A DNA stretch of 63,116 nucleotides, filler included, from Collodictyon triciliatum (Eukaryota): assembly GCA_043381765.1 (NCBI GenBank). It is 5 parts of 5 records of this genome, joined end to end, with 100 filler letters (N's around TTAATTAATTAA, not from the genome) between each part and the next. Parts side by side here need not be neighbours in the genome. Positions count along the whole stretch, not along the records: positions 1 to 19,912 come from JBHJMP010001271.1; positions 20,013 to 39,915 come from JBHJMP010001272.1; 3 more parts are not named here. One strand, written 5' to 3'. Below are positions 16,841 to 28,495 of the stretch, piece by piece. How positions within the stretch are numbered: position 1 is the first letter of the stretch; each line of letters begins with the position of its first letter. Below the pieces are notes generated by a model that was given only the letters and a program-made list of their open reading frames with translations, had not been told where the DNA came from and did not search any database. Made by a program: the position numbers and the translations under genes.

Positions 16841-17423
16841 CCTGTTGGTTTTCTTCTGGCTGTGGGTCTTTGTCTTGGCGGATTGGCAGATTCATTTTGG
16901 ATGAAGTGTTTGACCGGAAGACGGTTATTGTTTCCATATTTGAAATATAAATATGGAATTTATAAAAATTTACCTATATGATTCGATATAGACATGATTT
17001 ATAAGTAATATAACAAAAAAATTATGTAAAATATATCATTATATTAGACTAAAACTAGGTGCACAAGCGAAATGCTCGGCGAGAAATTCCAGGAAGACAA
17101 TGCCAAATCCCTGCGGGAAATATTCCAAGTCCCGCCGTTCGTGTGGGTATTTAGTGGGGGTGTCATTTGCTGGAATCTTACGGTTGCAGGTGATTATATT
17201 TCTAACTAGGAGGTATACACTAAGCTAAAGAACCCAGACAAAAGAGTCATCCATCCGTCGGTGTGTCAATGAAGCAAAAATTCAATATGATTGAACAAGT
17301 TCGTGCCGTGTGTTATTTTCTATTCATTTGCTGACCCCTTTGCATAAATCCAGTCACCAGCAGGTATAAACCCGCAGACCCAAATAAACAAAACAAAACA
17401 AACCTTCGAAGCGACAACAGCAG

Positions 17424-18298
17424 ATGGCGAGCAACTTCCAAACAATGAAATTCGTTGCAGTTGGCGACGGCTGTGTGGGGAAAACGTCACTCCTGGTCTC
17501 TTATTGCACAAACTCTTTTCCTGGAGAGCACGTCCCCACAGTATTTGACAACTATGCTGCTAACGTTATGGTGGATGGCCAAGTAGTTAGCATGTCCCTT
17601 TGGGATACAGCAGGCCAGGAAGATTACTCCCGCCTGAGGCCTCTTAGCTACCCTGCGACAGATTGTTTCATTTTATGCTTTTCATTGACCAGCCGAGCGT
17701 CCTACGAGAATGTCAAAGCAGTGGTAAATCATTTTCACTTAACTTTCGCCGCCATATACAATGCTCACAAGAAACAATGAAAAATGAAGCCCCCAAAAAG
17801 TAAAAGAACTCCGGGCTCAAGGTCTAAATTTTTCTGCCTATTGAACAATATCTTCCTAACTGCTCATAGTGGGTTCCCGAGTTGAGACATCACATGCCCC
17901 GCACCCCTATCATTTTGGTTGGCACAAAGTCAGATTTAAGAGACGAGGCTGTTTCCAGTGGCTCCTCAAAGAATTTTATTCGCACAAACGAGGTAAGAAT
18001 CTCATTATGCATAAAGGCAATCAGTTCCTGGCCTTTTTTTTTTTCTTCTTCTTCTTCTTCTTCTTCCTTGTATGCCAGAACATTGATATCAGTTGTAATA
18101 GATCCACAATCATTCTTCTGATGTTATAATTATATATGTATAAAAAAGGGCCAGGACCTGTCCAAGCAAATTGGTGCAAGTGAATATATAGAAACATCAG
18201 CCATGATGGCTAAGAATGTCAAAGCACTGTTTGATACCTGCATCAAGACTGTCATGACTCCAAAGCCGAAGAAGAAGCCAGTCTGCTCAATCATGTAA
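17424..18298 (+). CDS. Rho-family GTPase, Rac-like (exons 17424-17723, 17870-17992, 18149-18298)
   Basis: [46 protein letters not shown], and a polybasic tail with CaaX box [12 protein letters not shown]. Confidence 0.95.
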
Positions 18299-19798
18299 AT
18301 TGATTGCTAGAGTGATAAGAAAGGCCTCACACACCGTCCTTATGAAAGTGTAATCGGCCCTGCCGCCCTTGGAGAAAGTACATTCCAAATGAGCGTGCCA
18401 TCAAACTTTTGATAGCATTCGCTCATTTTTTTGATACTTTTCCATTCTCCTCTCCACCTCTTTCACACGTTTAACATGACCGAAATAGGTCCTAAATGGT
18501 TTTGATTGCGCAGATTGTTGGACGTTTTCAACCAACACGTTTGTGCAACTGAACCCATTTGAGATTTACTTCTGCTTGTATTTTCGTGTCTCCTTCATAT
18601 CACCACTCATCCACTGCCATGCCCCTCCCTTGACCTTTGAAAACTTGTGTCAATCTCTCCTTGCGCTGTGTGCGAACTGCTCAGGTAGCATTTCACGGAG
18701 AACATTTTTTATGAAGCCATTTTTTTTTTGGGAAAAGAGTACTCCCAGATGCCACGCAGGCAACATTCAGTTCGAGGTATCAGGCAAAAAGCCCTTGAAA
18801 AGGCCACTTTTCTTTGGTTTGTCTGGTTGCTTTGGTTGGATGGTCTTTAATGACGCGCCTGCGGTGTTTCATAGATCCTTCGTTGGAGTGTACACCTGAA
18901 AGTTTCACACAAAAATCAGGAGAGAAGCCTCATCTTAGACACAAGTTCATCCCCCTCCTTCTTCTGCATTCATTCACCTTCCTCTGTTCTCTCCAACCAC
19001 CGAGCCCTGATTCCACTTTGGATTCACATGACAGTGATAATAAATCATCAAAAAAAAAAAGTCTAAATCTGATGTTGTATCGTTAACTATATATTACGGA
19101 GTCAACGATATAACACTTATTCAAAGGAAAAGAAATAAGAGATGTTGGATATTTTAATGAGAAAGGCCCAAGGTACATTGATGAATCCGATTATCTGTGC
19201 ATACAAACGCACTGGGTTTCCTCTATTCCGGCTGTGTGATAATCCTCTTAAAACGCTGTTCTTAGCTTCCGTCAGTGCTGTTCATTGCCACGAACGAAAC
19301 ATGGCTCCATCGGCTTAAAAAAACTGATTCAGAGCCCACCCTTCGTTTTGAAAATAAATTCCAGAAATAGAAAATTTTCGAGAAAGACAAAAGTGGCTCC
19401 TCGCCGGCCACAACCGATTCCAAAAGTAGATATCCGATGTCATCAAACGATTATTCCGTTACTTTTTGTCCCCGCTCGTTGTCCAAAGCCGTTCCAATAT
19501 GCGAAAAATGAAACTGGGTGAGCTATTTTCACATGTTATACAAAAATGGACTGGATACGTATAATTTAAGAAACTAGGACCAAATTCGCCTGCATTTTTT
19601 GAATTTTCGAAAATATTTTTTTAGCTATTATTCGTTTCTTGAACCCATCTTTCCGTTACTTTTGACCCAATTTTTTTCCCTATTAAGCCAAGAATAACGA
19701 CAACCAGCAACAGCAAGTCCGCGGGAATCTCTCGATTCAGCCCCCGCGGCAGAGGCAAACACCACGCCCCTGAGCCCCCGGGAGGGCCACCCAGCAAG

Positions 19799-19912
19799 AA
19801 ACAAAACAAAACAAAACAAAACAGAACAAAACAAAACAAAACAAAACAAAACAAAACAAAACAAAACAAAACAAAACAAAACAAAACAAAACAAAACAAA
19901 ACAAAACAAAAC
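19799..19912. repeat. (CAAAA)n microsatellite at contig end
   Basis: Directly visible. Confidence 0.95.
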
Positions 19913-20012
19913 NNNNNNNNNNNNNNNNNNNNNNNNNNNNNNNNNNNNNNNNNNNNTTAATTAATTAANNNNNNNNNNNNNNNNNNNNNNNNNNNNNNNN
20001 NNNNNNNNNNNN
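19913..20012. other. Artificial contig linker N44-TTAATTAATTAA-N44
   Basis: Identical 100-bp spacer, with stops in all six frames, occurs four times in the window. Confidence 0.97.
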
Positions 20013-20355
20013 AAAAGTAGAAGAAAAAAGAAAAGTAAAAAAAAGTAAAAAAAGAAGAAAAAAGAAGAAAAAAAGAAGAAAAAAAAGAAGAAAAAAAAGA
20101 AGAAAAAAGAAGAAAAAAAAGAAGAAAAAAAGAAGAAAAAAAAGAAGAAAAAAAAAAAGAAAAAAAGAAGAAAAAAAAGAAGAAAAAAAAGAAGAAAAAA
20201 GAAGAAAAAAAAGAAGAAAAAAAGAAGAAAAAAAAGAAGAAATAAAAGAAGAAAAAAAGAAGAAAAAAGAAGAAAAAAAGAAGAAAAAAAAGAAGAAAAA
20301 AAAGAAGAAAAAAAAGAAGAAAAAAAAGAAGAAAAAAAGAAGAAAAAAAGAAAAA
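20013..20355. repeat. (GAAGAAAAAAA)n low-complexity tract at contig start
   Basis: Directly visible. Confidence 0.9.
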
Positions 20356-20605
20356 GCTAAAAAATTAGGAAGTTGAATTAAAAAAAGGAAACTAAATTAA
20401 TCAAAGAGAAACGAAGAAAGGCGGTTTATTTTCACTTTGCTTTGCCCACGCCCAACACACCCAAACACCACCACCAAGACCAAGACGACGACGAAGACGA
20501 CGACAACAACAACAACAACACAAACCTCAGCCAAGAGATATAGATGCAGATACTTTATTCCAAGCTGCAGCGGCATCTCAAGAGAAGGGAGACCGAAGCA
20601 GCAGG

Positions 20606-23600
20606 CTACGCAGAGGGGAGAGAAGCGTGGAGACGCCGGAGAGCATCACAGCCTTCTGGACAGCCGGCCGTGGCCTGCGCAGTGTAGAGCCGAATGGCGA
20701 GAGACACATCCTTGTGCAGACCTCTGCCGTGCTCATAGCAGGAGGCGAGATAGCCGGCGCTGGAAGGATGCCGCTGGGCAGCCGCCTGGCGATACCAGCG
20801 GATGGCCGACTGCATGTCCTTCTGCGCGCCTTGGCCGGACTCGTGGCAGATGGCCAGATTGCACTGCGCATCCGCGTGGCCCTGCACGGCTGCGAGTCGG
20901 TAGAACCGGGCAGCATCTGCCAAGGAGCGCGACACGCCTTCACCCGCCTCGTAGCACACGCCGAGACTGTACTGCGCGTCTGGATTCCCCATCTCAGCCG
21001 CCTTTGCGAACCAGCGCACGGCCTCCTTTTCGTTCATGCGGGTGCCGCGTCCGCAGTAGAAGCAGAATCCCAGGAGGAACTTGTCCATCCCGCTGGCTTT
21101 GGTGCTCATCGCTCGCTGCCGGATCACCTGGAGGCTCGCCTGCTTTCGTGCCTCGGTGCTGAAGTCCGACCTTTCAGACAGCTCTGCGCACACTTCCAGC
21201 CCACGGGGTCGCGGGCGTGGGACGTTGCGGGGATGTCGGGAATACAGTGTCCACAAGCCTATCATCGGCGCCACGAATTCCGGCTCTTTGCAGAGACTGA
21301 GCATGTAGAGCGTCTGTGCTCGGACGTATCTTCCAATATCACACGCATCCACTGCGTCGTGGAAGTTTTCGGTTGCGGTTCGGTTGATGTCCGCCCGAGT
21401 CAAGATGACATCCACTTCTCTTCCTCGTTCAAGGAAGTCTATGGCTTTGGTGTTTTGGGTTGCTTGGAAGAGCCCAGTGCTGTTTCCTGCCACTCCTTGC
21501 AAAAGCATACCTGTGTTCAAGACCGATGCTGTATCATTCGGGGTTGTTGTCACACTGCTCTCTTTGCTGTCTGCCTCCATCAGAGACTCCACGTCAGTGT
21601 CCCAATCCAAGATGTGCGGTCGGCATGGGACATCACATTCGGCAGCTTTCCCAAACCACGAAAGAGCAGACTCTAGATTGACATCTGCACCAATGCCGTC
21701 CATGTAAAGATGGGCGAGTTTGATCTGTGCTTCTCCGTGTTTGCCCTCAGCTGCTTGTCGAACGTGGTCAAAGCCCTCCGCTACTTGGCCCATGTTCAAG
21801 AGTCGAAGGCCCTCCCGATATTTCTCCTTTAGGACCCGTTTTGCTTCAGCATCCTGAGCTGCCTTGCTGGGCTCGTTGCTTGGTACGGGGTCTTCACCAG
21901 CAGGCGAAGAGATGTTTGTGTTGTGGCTGATATCGCCAGAGGGCGTGATTATGATATTTGAAAGGGTGGCTATGGTTGGCTGTGAGGGTTCTTCATGATT
22001 CAATTGGGTTGCTATATTGCTTTTAACAATCTCTTTCTCTTCGTGGGGGATACCTACTTCTGGTTCTTCATTTATCTTATCGTCCTCCTTGTTGAGAGCA
22101 AGCGGTGTTCCCTCTCTATTTTCTGGTAGCAGAGAGTTTCTTGTCAACAAACGCTGTGGAACTGGGGCATCAGGATGTGGAGGCCAATTATAAGCGGATT
22201 CGCCTCTACGAACCGGGGGCTCCTCTGCATTTTTTTTCGATTCTAGCTGGAGATTGCTTTCCTCATTTCGAGTATCCAAAGGTGACAGTGCATTTTCTCT
22301 AGGATTTTTAGAGTTCTCCAGGTCAGCATTCTCACTTTGTTTTGTGGGCATATCTGTTGATTTTTGAGGTCGTTTCGTTTCTTGGAAGTAAGTCGGACCA
22401 GGATTTACATTTATTCTCAAACTCTCTTTGATACCAATATCAAAATCAGGCAGGATTCCTCTCAAGCTTCCGCCAAACATAGCATCAAATAACTCTTGTG
22501 GCATGTAAGGCTCCACATCTGAGCTTAATGACTCATCAGCAAGGACTGCATCATCAGAGACACATGTTTCAGCAGCTTCCTTGGGCGATTCTTTAAGCAA
22601 CTCTGGCTGTTTACTTCCTTCAACTGCTTCGTGGGGCTGTGAATGAGAGGTGCTATCTCCCGATTGAGAGTCCAGAACCTGATTTTCTTTCGTTTTGTCT
22701 TCCTTGTTTTCACTTTTATCAACTGACGGACGAATTTCTGACCACACACCATCCGCGGTGCTTACAGAAGAACCCTCCATGCATCTCTTTTCGATTTGAA
22801 GCGCTACACTTTGCTCCAGCTCGACAATATGTTTTCCAGGATTCGTCTCTGCATCCCCCTGATAAATTGCGTAATACTTGTAATTTTTAGAGGCCTCATT
22901 CTCATCAGTTTCTTTTGCTATTGATTCAATGTTTTGATATCCAGATGAAGCCACTGGATTGTCATCGGGGGGAGTCAGGATTTGGGTGGCCTCTCCCTTT
23001 GAAGAGGTAGTATTTTTTACTGAGGAAGGGTTGGGCACTTCAGTCACGTCAGCAATATTGACATCATCCTGTGGGACTTCATGTATTTTATAATTAAAGA
23101 AATGTTTTTTTAAAAAAGGAATTTAATTATCTATAACCTAACATAATTTTTAGGAGGATAACAAAACCAAAATTACACAAATTGGAAGCAAGAATAAAAA
23201 TTACTTAAAGATTTAGCAGAAGTGTCACTACGAATCTGGTATTGTTGTGGTCCGTTGACACTTCCCTCGGGTTTCATATACGAATCTGTTTTTTGCCCTG
23301 AAATAGTGCCTGCAGTGCAAATTGAGTGAAATGAAATGAAAAAAAAAAAAAGACGAGCTAATATGGCTAGAAAATAATAAAGTAATATCATGATGCTGAA
23401 TTAGAAGACATCGTACTTGGGGACTCTGGGTTTTGAAATGGTGATATCGAAATAATATTTAGTTTCTCGAGTTCTTGCTTGACAATTTCGGTCTTTGGGA
23501 CAGAAAGAGACGATTTTTCGGGGGTTTTTGGACCAACGTAACTGACGTATTCCATCGACAAAGGTGTTCTCTACATATAAGCAGATTATGTGTTATCTTT

Positions 23601-24802
23601 GTGCACAAAAAAAGAAAAGAAGGAAAGAAAAGGCATTATATAACCACATACCGAAGTGTTTACAAGCAAATTGAAAGAAAAATCACTGTGCACGTGATGA
23701 ATGTGAATGAAATATAAACCAATCTATCCAGAAGAAATTTTTGAGCTCGAAGTAGCTTGAGTAACTGAACCGGGGTTATTCCAGGAAATTCTGCTACAAA
23801 GTCGTTCTTTGTGAAAGAAAGGAACTCCATGGGGGTCACGCCATCAGCAATCAGCCTTTCGATGGCATGGGCTGGGGCCTTCGACTTGTAAAGAGCCTCA
23901 TTCAATAATGCTGGAAATAAATCCACATGAGACTCCATAGACAAGATTGTATTCAGGCGCGAGGATAACCAAGTGTTGTTTTCTGACCATTTCTGCAATG
24001 CTAACTTTACATAGAGGAACGACGGGCGGTCAGATGCAGTTTGAACCCAGCAGGCATTGATGATGTGGTACAATGGGTCGGGCATTTGATATGGAAAGAC
24101 CGGGCGTTTCCCTTGGTCAATCAAGCTGTGAACATCGCGCACAGGTGTCTCTGGAAAGGGAAGCTGGCCCAACCACATTTCCCACAGAAGAATCCCAAAG
24201 GCACAGACGTCCTTGGCTTGCTCTGCTGTGCGGTCCACGGGATATAATGCCTTTGCGATTTCGTACGGATCGGCTCCGGTGAGACTTGCCGCGTGGATTT
24301 TCTTGAGGCGGGCGAGGCCGTAGCTCGATATCTTCACAGTCATATCGGAGGATGCAGCTGCGGCTGGTTCTTGAGCGCAGGGCTGCATGAAGATCTTTGA
24401 GGAGCGCAGATCGCCGTGTCCGACAAAGTCTGTCGCAGAGTGCATACACTCACACGCATCACATATGTCGATCGCATATTCCAAGAAGCGGTCGAGACGA
24501 AGGCCACAGCCGCCTTCTTGCAGCACACTCTGCAGTGTTTTGCCTTCCACGTACTCAAAGATAAGCATCATGTCTCCTTTGGAATGCCGTGTTCCGTAGA
24601 AGCGGACGAGGTTTGGATGGCTTACCCGCAGCAGCTGTTTGATCTCCTGCTTGGCAAACGACAGTAGGCCGAGGCTCGAGTAGAGCCCTTTGAGGCAGAC
24701 GGGGAGGGACTCATTCAGCCACCCTTTGTGTGTCGATCCGAGAGACCCGTCTCCGATCTTGGGCCCGCGCGTGATCGATTCGATGGCCACGTGCAGATTC
24801 AT
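20606..24802 (-). CDS. TKL-like pseudokinase + SAM-like domain + disordered linker + Sel1-like repeats (4 exons)
   Basis: Kinase fold: GDGSLG, VCLKG, HPNLVRFYG, HGDLRS, DVCAFGILLWE. Three phase-consistent GT-AG introns (..DRL|RTP..SP|STIS..KSL|IPQDD) join it to the 813-aa ORF with Sel1 repeats (AQYSLGVCYEAGEGVSRSLADAARFYRLAAVQG). Confidence 0.8.
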
Positions 24803-24987
24803 TCGAGGCTCTGGCGCAGTTGTTGCGGGCGGCTCTTTCCCTTTCCCTTTCTCTTTCCCTTTCCCTTTCTTCCTAGTGTGCTGTTTGCTCTTACGCTCCT
24901 GGGTGTCGGGTTTGCGTCGCGGTTGATCAAGATCGGTCCGGGTTTGGGCGATAAACTTACAATAAGCAAGAAAAACGAGACTGCTTT

Positions 24988-25040
24988 AAATCCTCGCAAA
25001 TCCTCGCAAATCCTCGCAAATCCCCGCAAATCCCACAAAT
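24988..25040. repeat. 10-bp tandem repeat (AAATCCTCGC), about 5 copies, in a divergent promoter
   Basis: Three perfect and two degenerate copies between the head-to-head pseudokinase and LPAAT starts. Confidence 0.85.
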
Positions 25041-25213
25041 TCAAAAGTCAGATTAGAGCAAGTGTTGTAGTCTTTCAGCGCAGTCAAAGTATGTGCCCGT
25101 ATTTTAGAGAAAATGCATGGCTTGTGGCGTGAAGGAGCAGAGAGCAACCAAGGCGAGGCAAAGGATCGCAAGACTGAAACTGTAGCACACAACTGTGATA
25201 GGTCTTCAGCACC

Positions 25214-26247
25214 ATGAGCAAAGAGCCTGAGGACAAGCAGGTGTTTGCAGTCTCCCCACAATACCGCCCCGTCGATGGACAGCCCAGCAAAGCCCTCAAG
25301 GAGCGTTTCCGCTCAACGCCTCTGACAGTTTTGGAGAGCATTCTTCGTGCAGTTGCGACGCTGATTCTTGGCTCGGCAACCATGCTTGTGCTTCTGCTGT
25401 TGTCGCCCTTGCGTATGCTCCACCCCATGCTCAAGAAGAGAGGCGTGAAGAGGTTGAGTCTCCCAATCGACTTTATTCAGCGCCTTTGGGCTCGGTTCAT
25501 GCTCTTCTTGTTTGGTGTTCAGGTGACTGTCCACTACGAAGACAAAGTCCCTACCGAGAAGCCGATACTATTGATGTTTAGTCATTCATGTAAGCCTAAT
25601 TTTCTCCACTTTTCCACCCGCATACATCTTGGCAACTATATTTCTTCCGCACAAAAAAATAAAAATAGTTATGAGGCGTAGTGATGCACCTATTTGACAT
25701 ACCTTTTGTATACACAGCTGGGATAGATCCGTTTGTTGTTATCGCACATTCACCTGCATCTGTCCGCTTCGTGGCCAAAAAGTCCATCCTATTTGTCCCG
25801 CTTTTTGGCATCACTGGCTACCTGTATGGGCACGTCTACATCAACCGCCAGAACCGCTCGAGCGCAATTGATTCCTTGAATCAGGCTGCATCTGCAATTA
25901 CAGACCGAAACACCAGCGTGGCTATCAGCCCTGAAGGAACACGCTCCAAAGATGGGTCGCTCGCACCATTCAAGAAAGGCCCCTTCCATCTTGCCCGACA
26001 AGCGGGATGTACTGTCGTTCCGTTGGTAATCTACGATGCGCTTCCTTGCTGGCCTCCCAACGGACTCTGGCCGATTCCTACAACCTCCCGCAAAGGCCAG
26101 CCAGTGCGTCTCTTGTTTGGCGAACCCATTCATCCCGACCAAGAAGGAAATCACAAATCAATAGAAGAGCTATCTGAAGCTGTCCGGTCTTCGATGGTTG
26201 ATGTGATTCAGAGGTATGAGTCCGAGGTATCCAAAAAGTCTGATTAA
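25214..26247 (+). CDS. 1-acyl-sn-glycerol-3-phosphate acyltransferase (LPAAT/PlsC family), intron 25590-25717
   Basis: Splicing restores the HX4D motif SHS|SGID. Also FVAKKS, YINR, SPEGTRS and PFKKGPF. Confidence 0.92.
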
Positions 26248-26749
26248 AAAAAGAACAATGGAGATGATGGCCTTCCTATAACTCAACCAGGTGCACGACC
26301 CATTCGTCTCTCCTATATTTTGTAATTTTCTTTTTCAAAACAAAAAAAAGGGAAGATAATGAACAAAGGAAACAAAAAGGAAACAAAAAAGGAAGAAAAT
26401 GAAAAAAGGAAACAAAAGAAAAGGAAAGGGTTGAAACGGTACAGAAAACAGTGTTGGATGCAGACTCAACTCCACCCTAATCCAATTTTGAAACATACAT
26501 CTGGAATATAAAATTCTCAAGCCTGTTCCCGCAGCCACAAGCCAGGGAGGCAACCACAACTCCTTCCACACCCGCGTTTTTTGACCTTCATGCGGTTGCG
26601 TGTATGTACGCTCATGATAGCGATCCGCAACAAAAGAAACACTTTGGCGAGTGACACGGATACACAGTCACAACCTTGTGTACGAAAGTCGTCCAGGAAA
26701 CCCAAGCCCCTCATAACCTCCATATTGTACCCAGACTTTGCTCTAGGCG

Positions 26750-28495
26750 ATGAAGGCTACTCTAGACCGCCTCTCTCCGGCTTTATGTCTCTTGCTATTT
26801 GCAGCTTTGACGACAGAGATTGTCGGAACCCCCAAGGCTGAAAGTTCGACTACGCCACTATCATTCCGAGCACCGAAACAGCAGCTTCCCAATCCCACGC
26901 CGGGCTTCATTGTGGAGTTTGGCCGCAGTGTGTTTGTAAAGTCTGGTCTTCTTGCGACAAGCGGACGCCTTGTCCAGGCACCTGGGAGCAACGAAAAGGA
27001 CTATTCACCTGTTGTTCATCTTTATGAACAGCATGACAGTGAATGGAGACTGCTTCATTCCATCCCACCGATCCCGACCGCGAAAAAGACAGATGACTTT
27101 GGGTACAGCCTCGTTCTATCTCAACCCCACACAAACTATACCTTTCTTTTCGTATCTAGCCCACAAACAAACTACGCCAAAGGCAGTGGCCTCGTTGATG
27201 TGTTCCATGTTGGAAACAGCCGTGATAGCTGGGTTCATTTGGAGAGATGGAGCCCAGACGATTTGGAGCCGGGAGACCATTTTGGCTCCAGCATCGCCGC
27301 ATCGGGCTTGTTTGTTGCTATTGGGGCACATTGGCATCAGGAAGCGGGCGCTGTATTCATCTATGAATTTGATGCAGATGGAAAAAACGCTTGGGCACTC
27401 ACACAAAAGCTGGAGTCAGACCAGAGCAGAGATCGTTTTGGCCTCAGCATTGAGCTTAGCGAACCGCATGGTGCCTACAAGAATGCAGATGCCAACACAA
27501 CGCAGAATTACTTGGCCGTGTCTGCTCCAGGGAGAATGGGTGGACGAGGCTCCGTGGAAATATATCAGTATATTGGCAGAACATGGACTCAGGTATTGGT
27601 TTTGGATGCTCCGGGAAGTGTCGGGCTTCAATTTGGCTGGGCTGTTGCGTTCAAGTTTCCATGGGTGGCTGTGACGGCATTGCAGTGCGGAATTCATAAT
27701 ATTACTGAGGCTGGGTGTGTAGCTATGTACAAGCTGCAGCCAAATGATTTGAAGACTAAGAAACAAGATGTGCAACCCGTCGACATTCTGCACCGGCCAG
27801 ACGGGCCTCAACCCGTGGACCGATTTGGATGGGACATAGCATTGGATGAGCAAGCAAAAAAATTGGCCATCAGTGCCATCTGGGCTGATTTTGATGATAA
27901 TTCTAATCAAGGAATGGCTTTTGTCTGGTATTTAAACGATACATCAGCAAATCCCAAAGGAAATCCTACTTGGGTTCCAGAGTTTACGATTGTAGAGTCG
28001 AATGGTGCACCTTTGGATGAATTTGGCTCTTCCATGGTAATATGTGGGGATGAGTTGATCATCGGGGCACCGGGGTACGATGACAACAACATCGATGATG
28101 GGGCGGTTTTTATAGTTGACATTAATAGTAAGTGGAAACCAAGAACTTATTGAAATGATTCTTATTGATATACTTTTACTTTATGAAACCTTTTTGGAAA
28201 GAAGAAAAGTGTATCTAAAGAAACGAAACATGCATAGGTTGCCCTTTGACCTTTTTTTTTGTTTAGAATTTTAACCGAGACTTTTATTTCATATTCTCGT
28301 TTTATTACTTCAGGAAAAGAGGCTAAAAGCGACAGACCAGAAAATCAACTCATCATCACAGTTGCTGTAGCCTTGACTGGTATTTTGCTCGTCTTTGGTT
28401 CTGCTGTAATCTCATATGCGGTGAAGTCAAGGACTTATGGAAACTATCAGCTTGTTGACCAACAACTACAAAACTTTGACCCTGATGAAGTATGA
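26750..28495 (+). CDS. FG-GAP (integrin-alpha-like) beta-propeller type I membrane protein, intron 28128-28313
   Basis: Signal peptide; repeats FGYSLV, FGSSIA..IGA..GAVFIY, FGLSI..SAPG..GSVEIY, FGWAV, FGWDI, FGSSM..IGAPG..GAVFI. Second exon gives TM IIITVAVALTGILLVFGSAVISYAV and a short tail. Confidence 0.85.

Noticed and set aside
18400-19800. Intergenic stretch with A/T-tract blocks and a GC-rich end, suggestive of a transposon terminus or ncRNA
   Set aside because: No terminal inverted repeat, TSD, transposase motif or recognisable RNA fold could be shown.
20437-21707. 241-aa and 349-aa plus-strand ORFs overlapping the Sel1 region
   Set aside because: Antisense shadows of a GC-rich coding exon, with no recognisable motifs.
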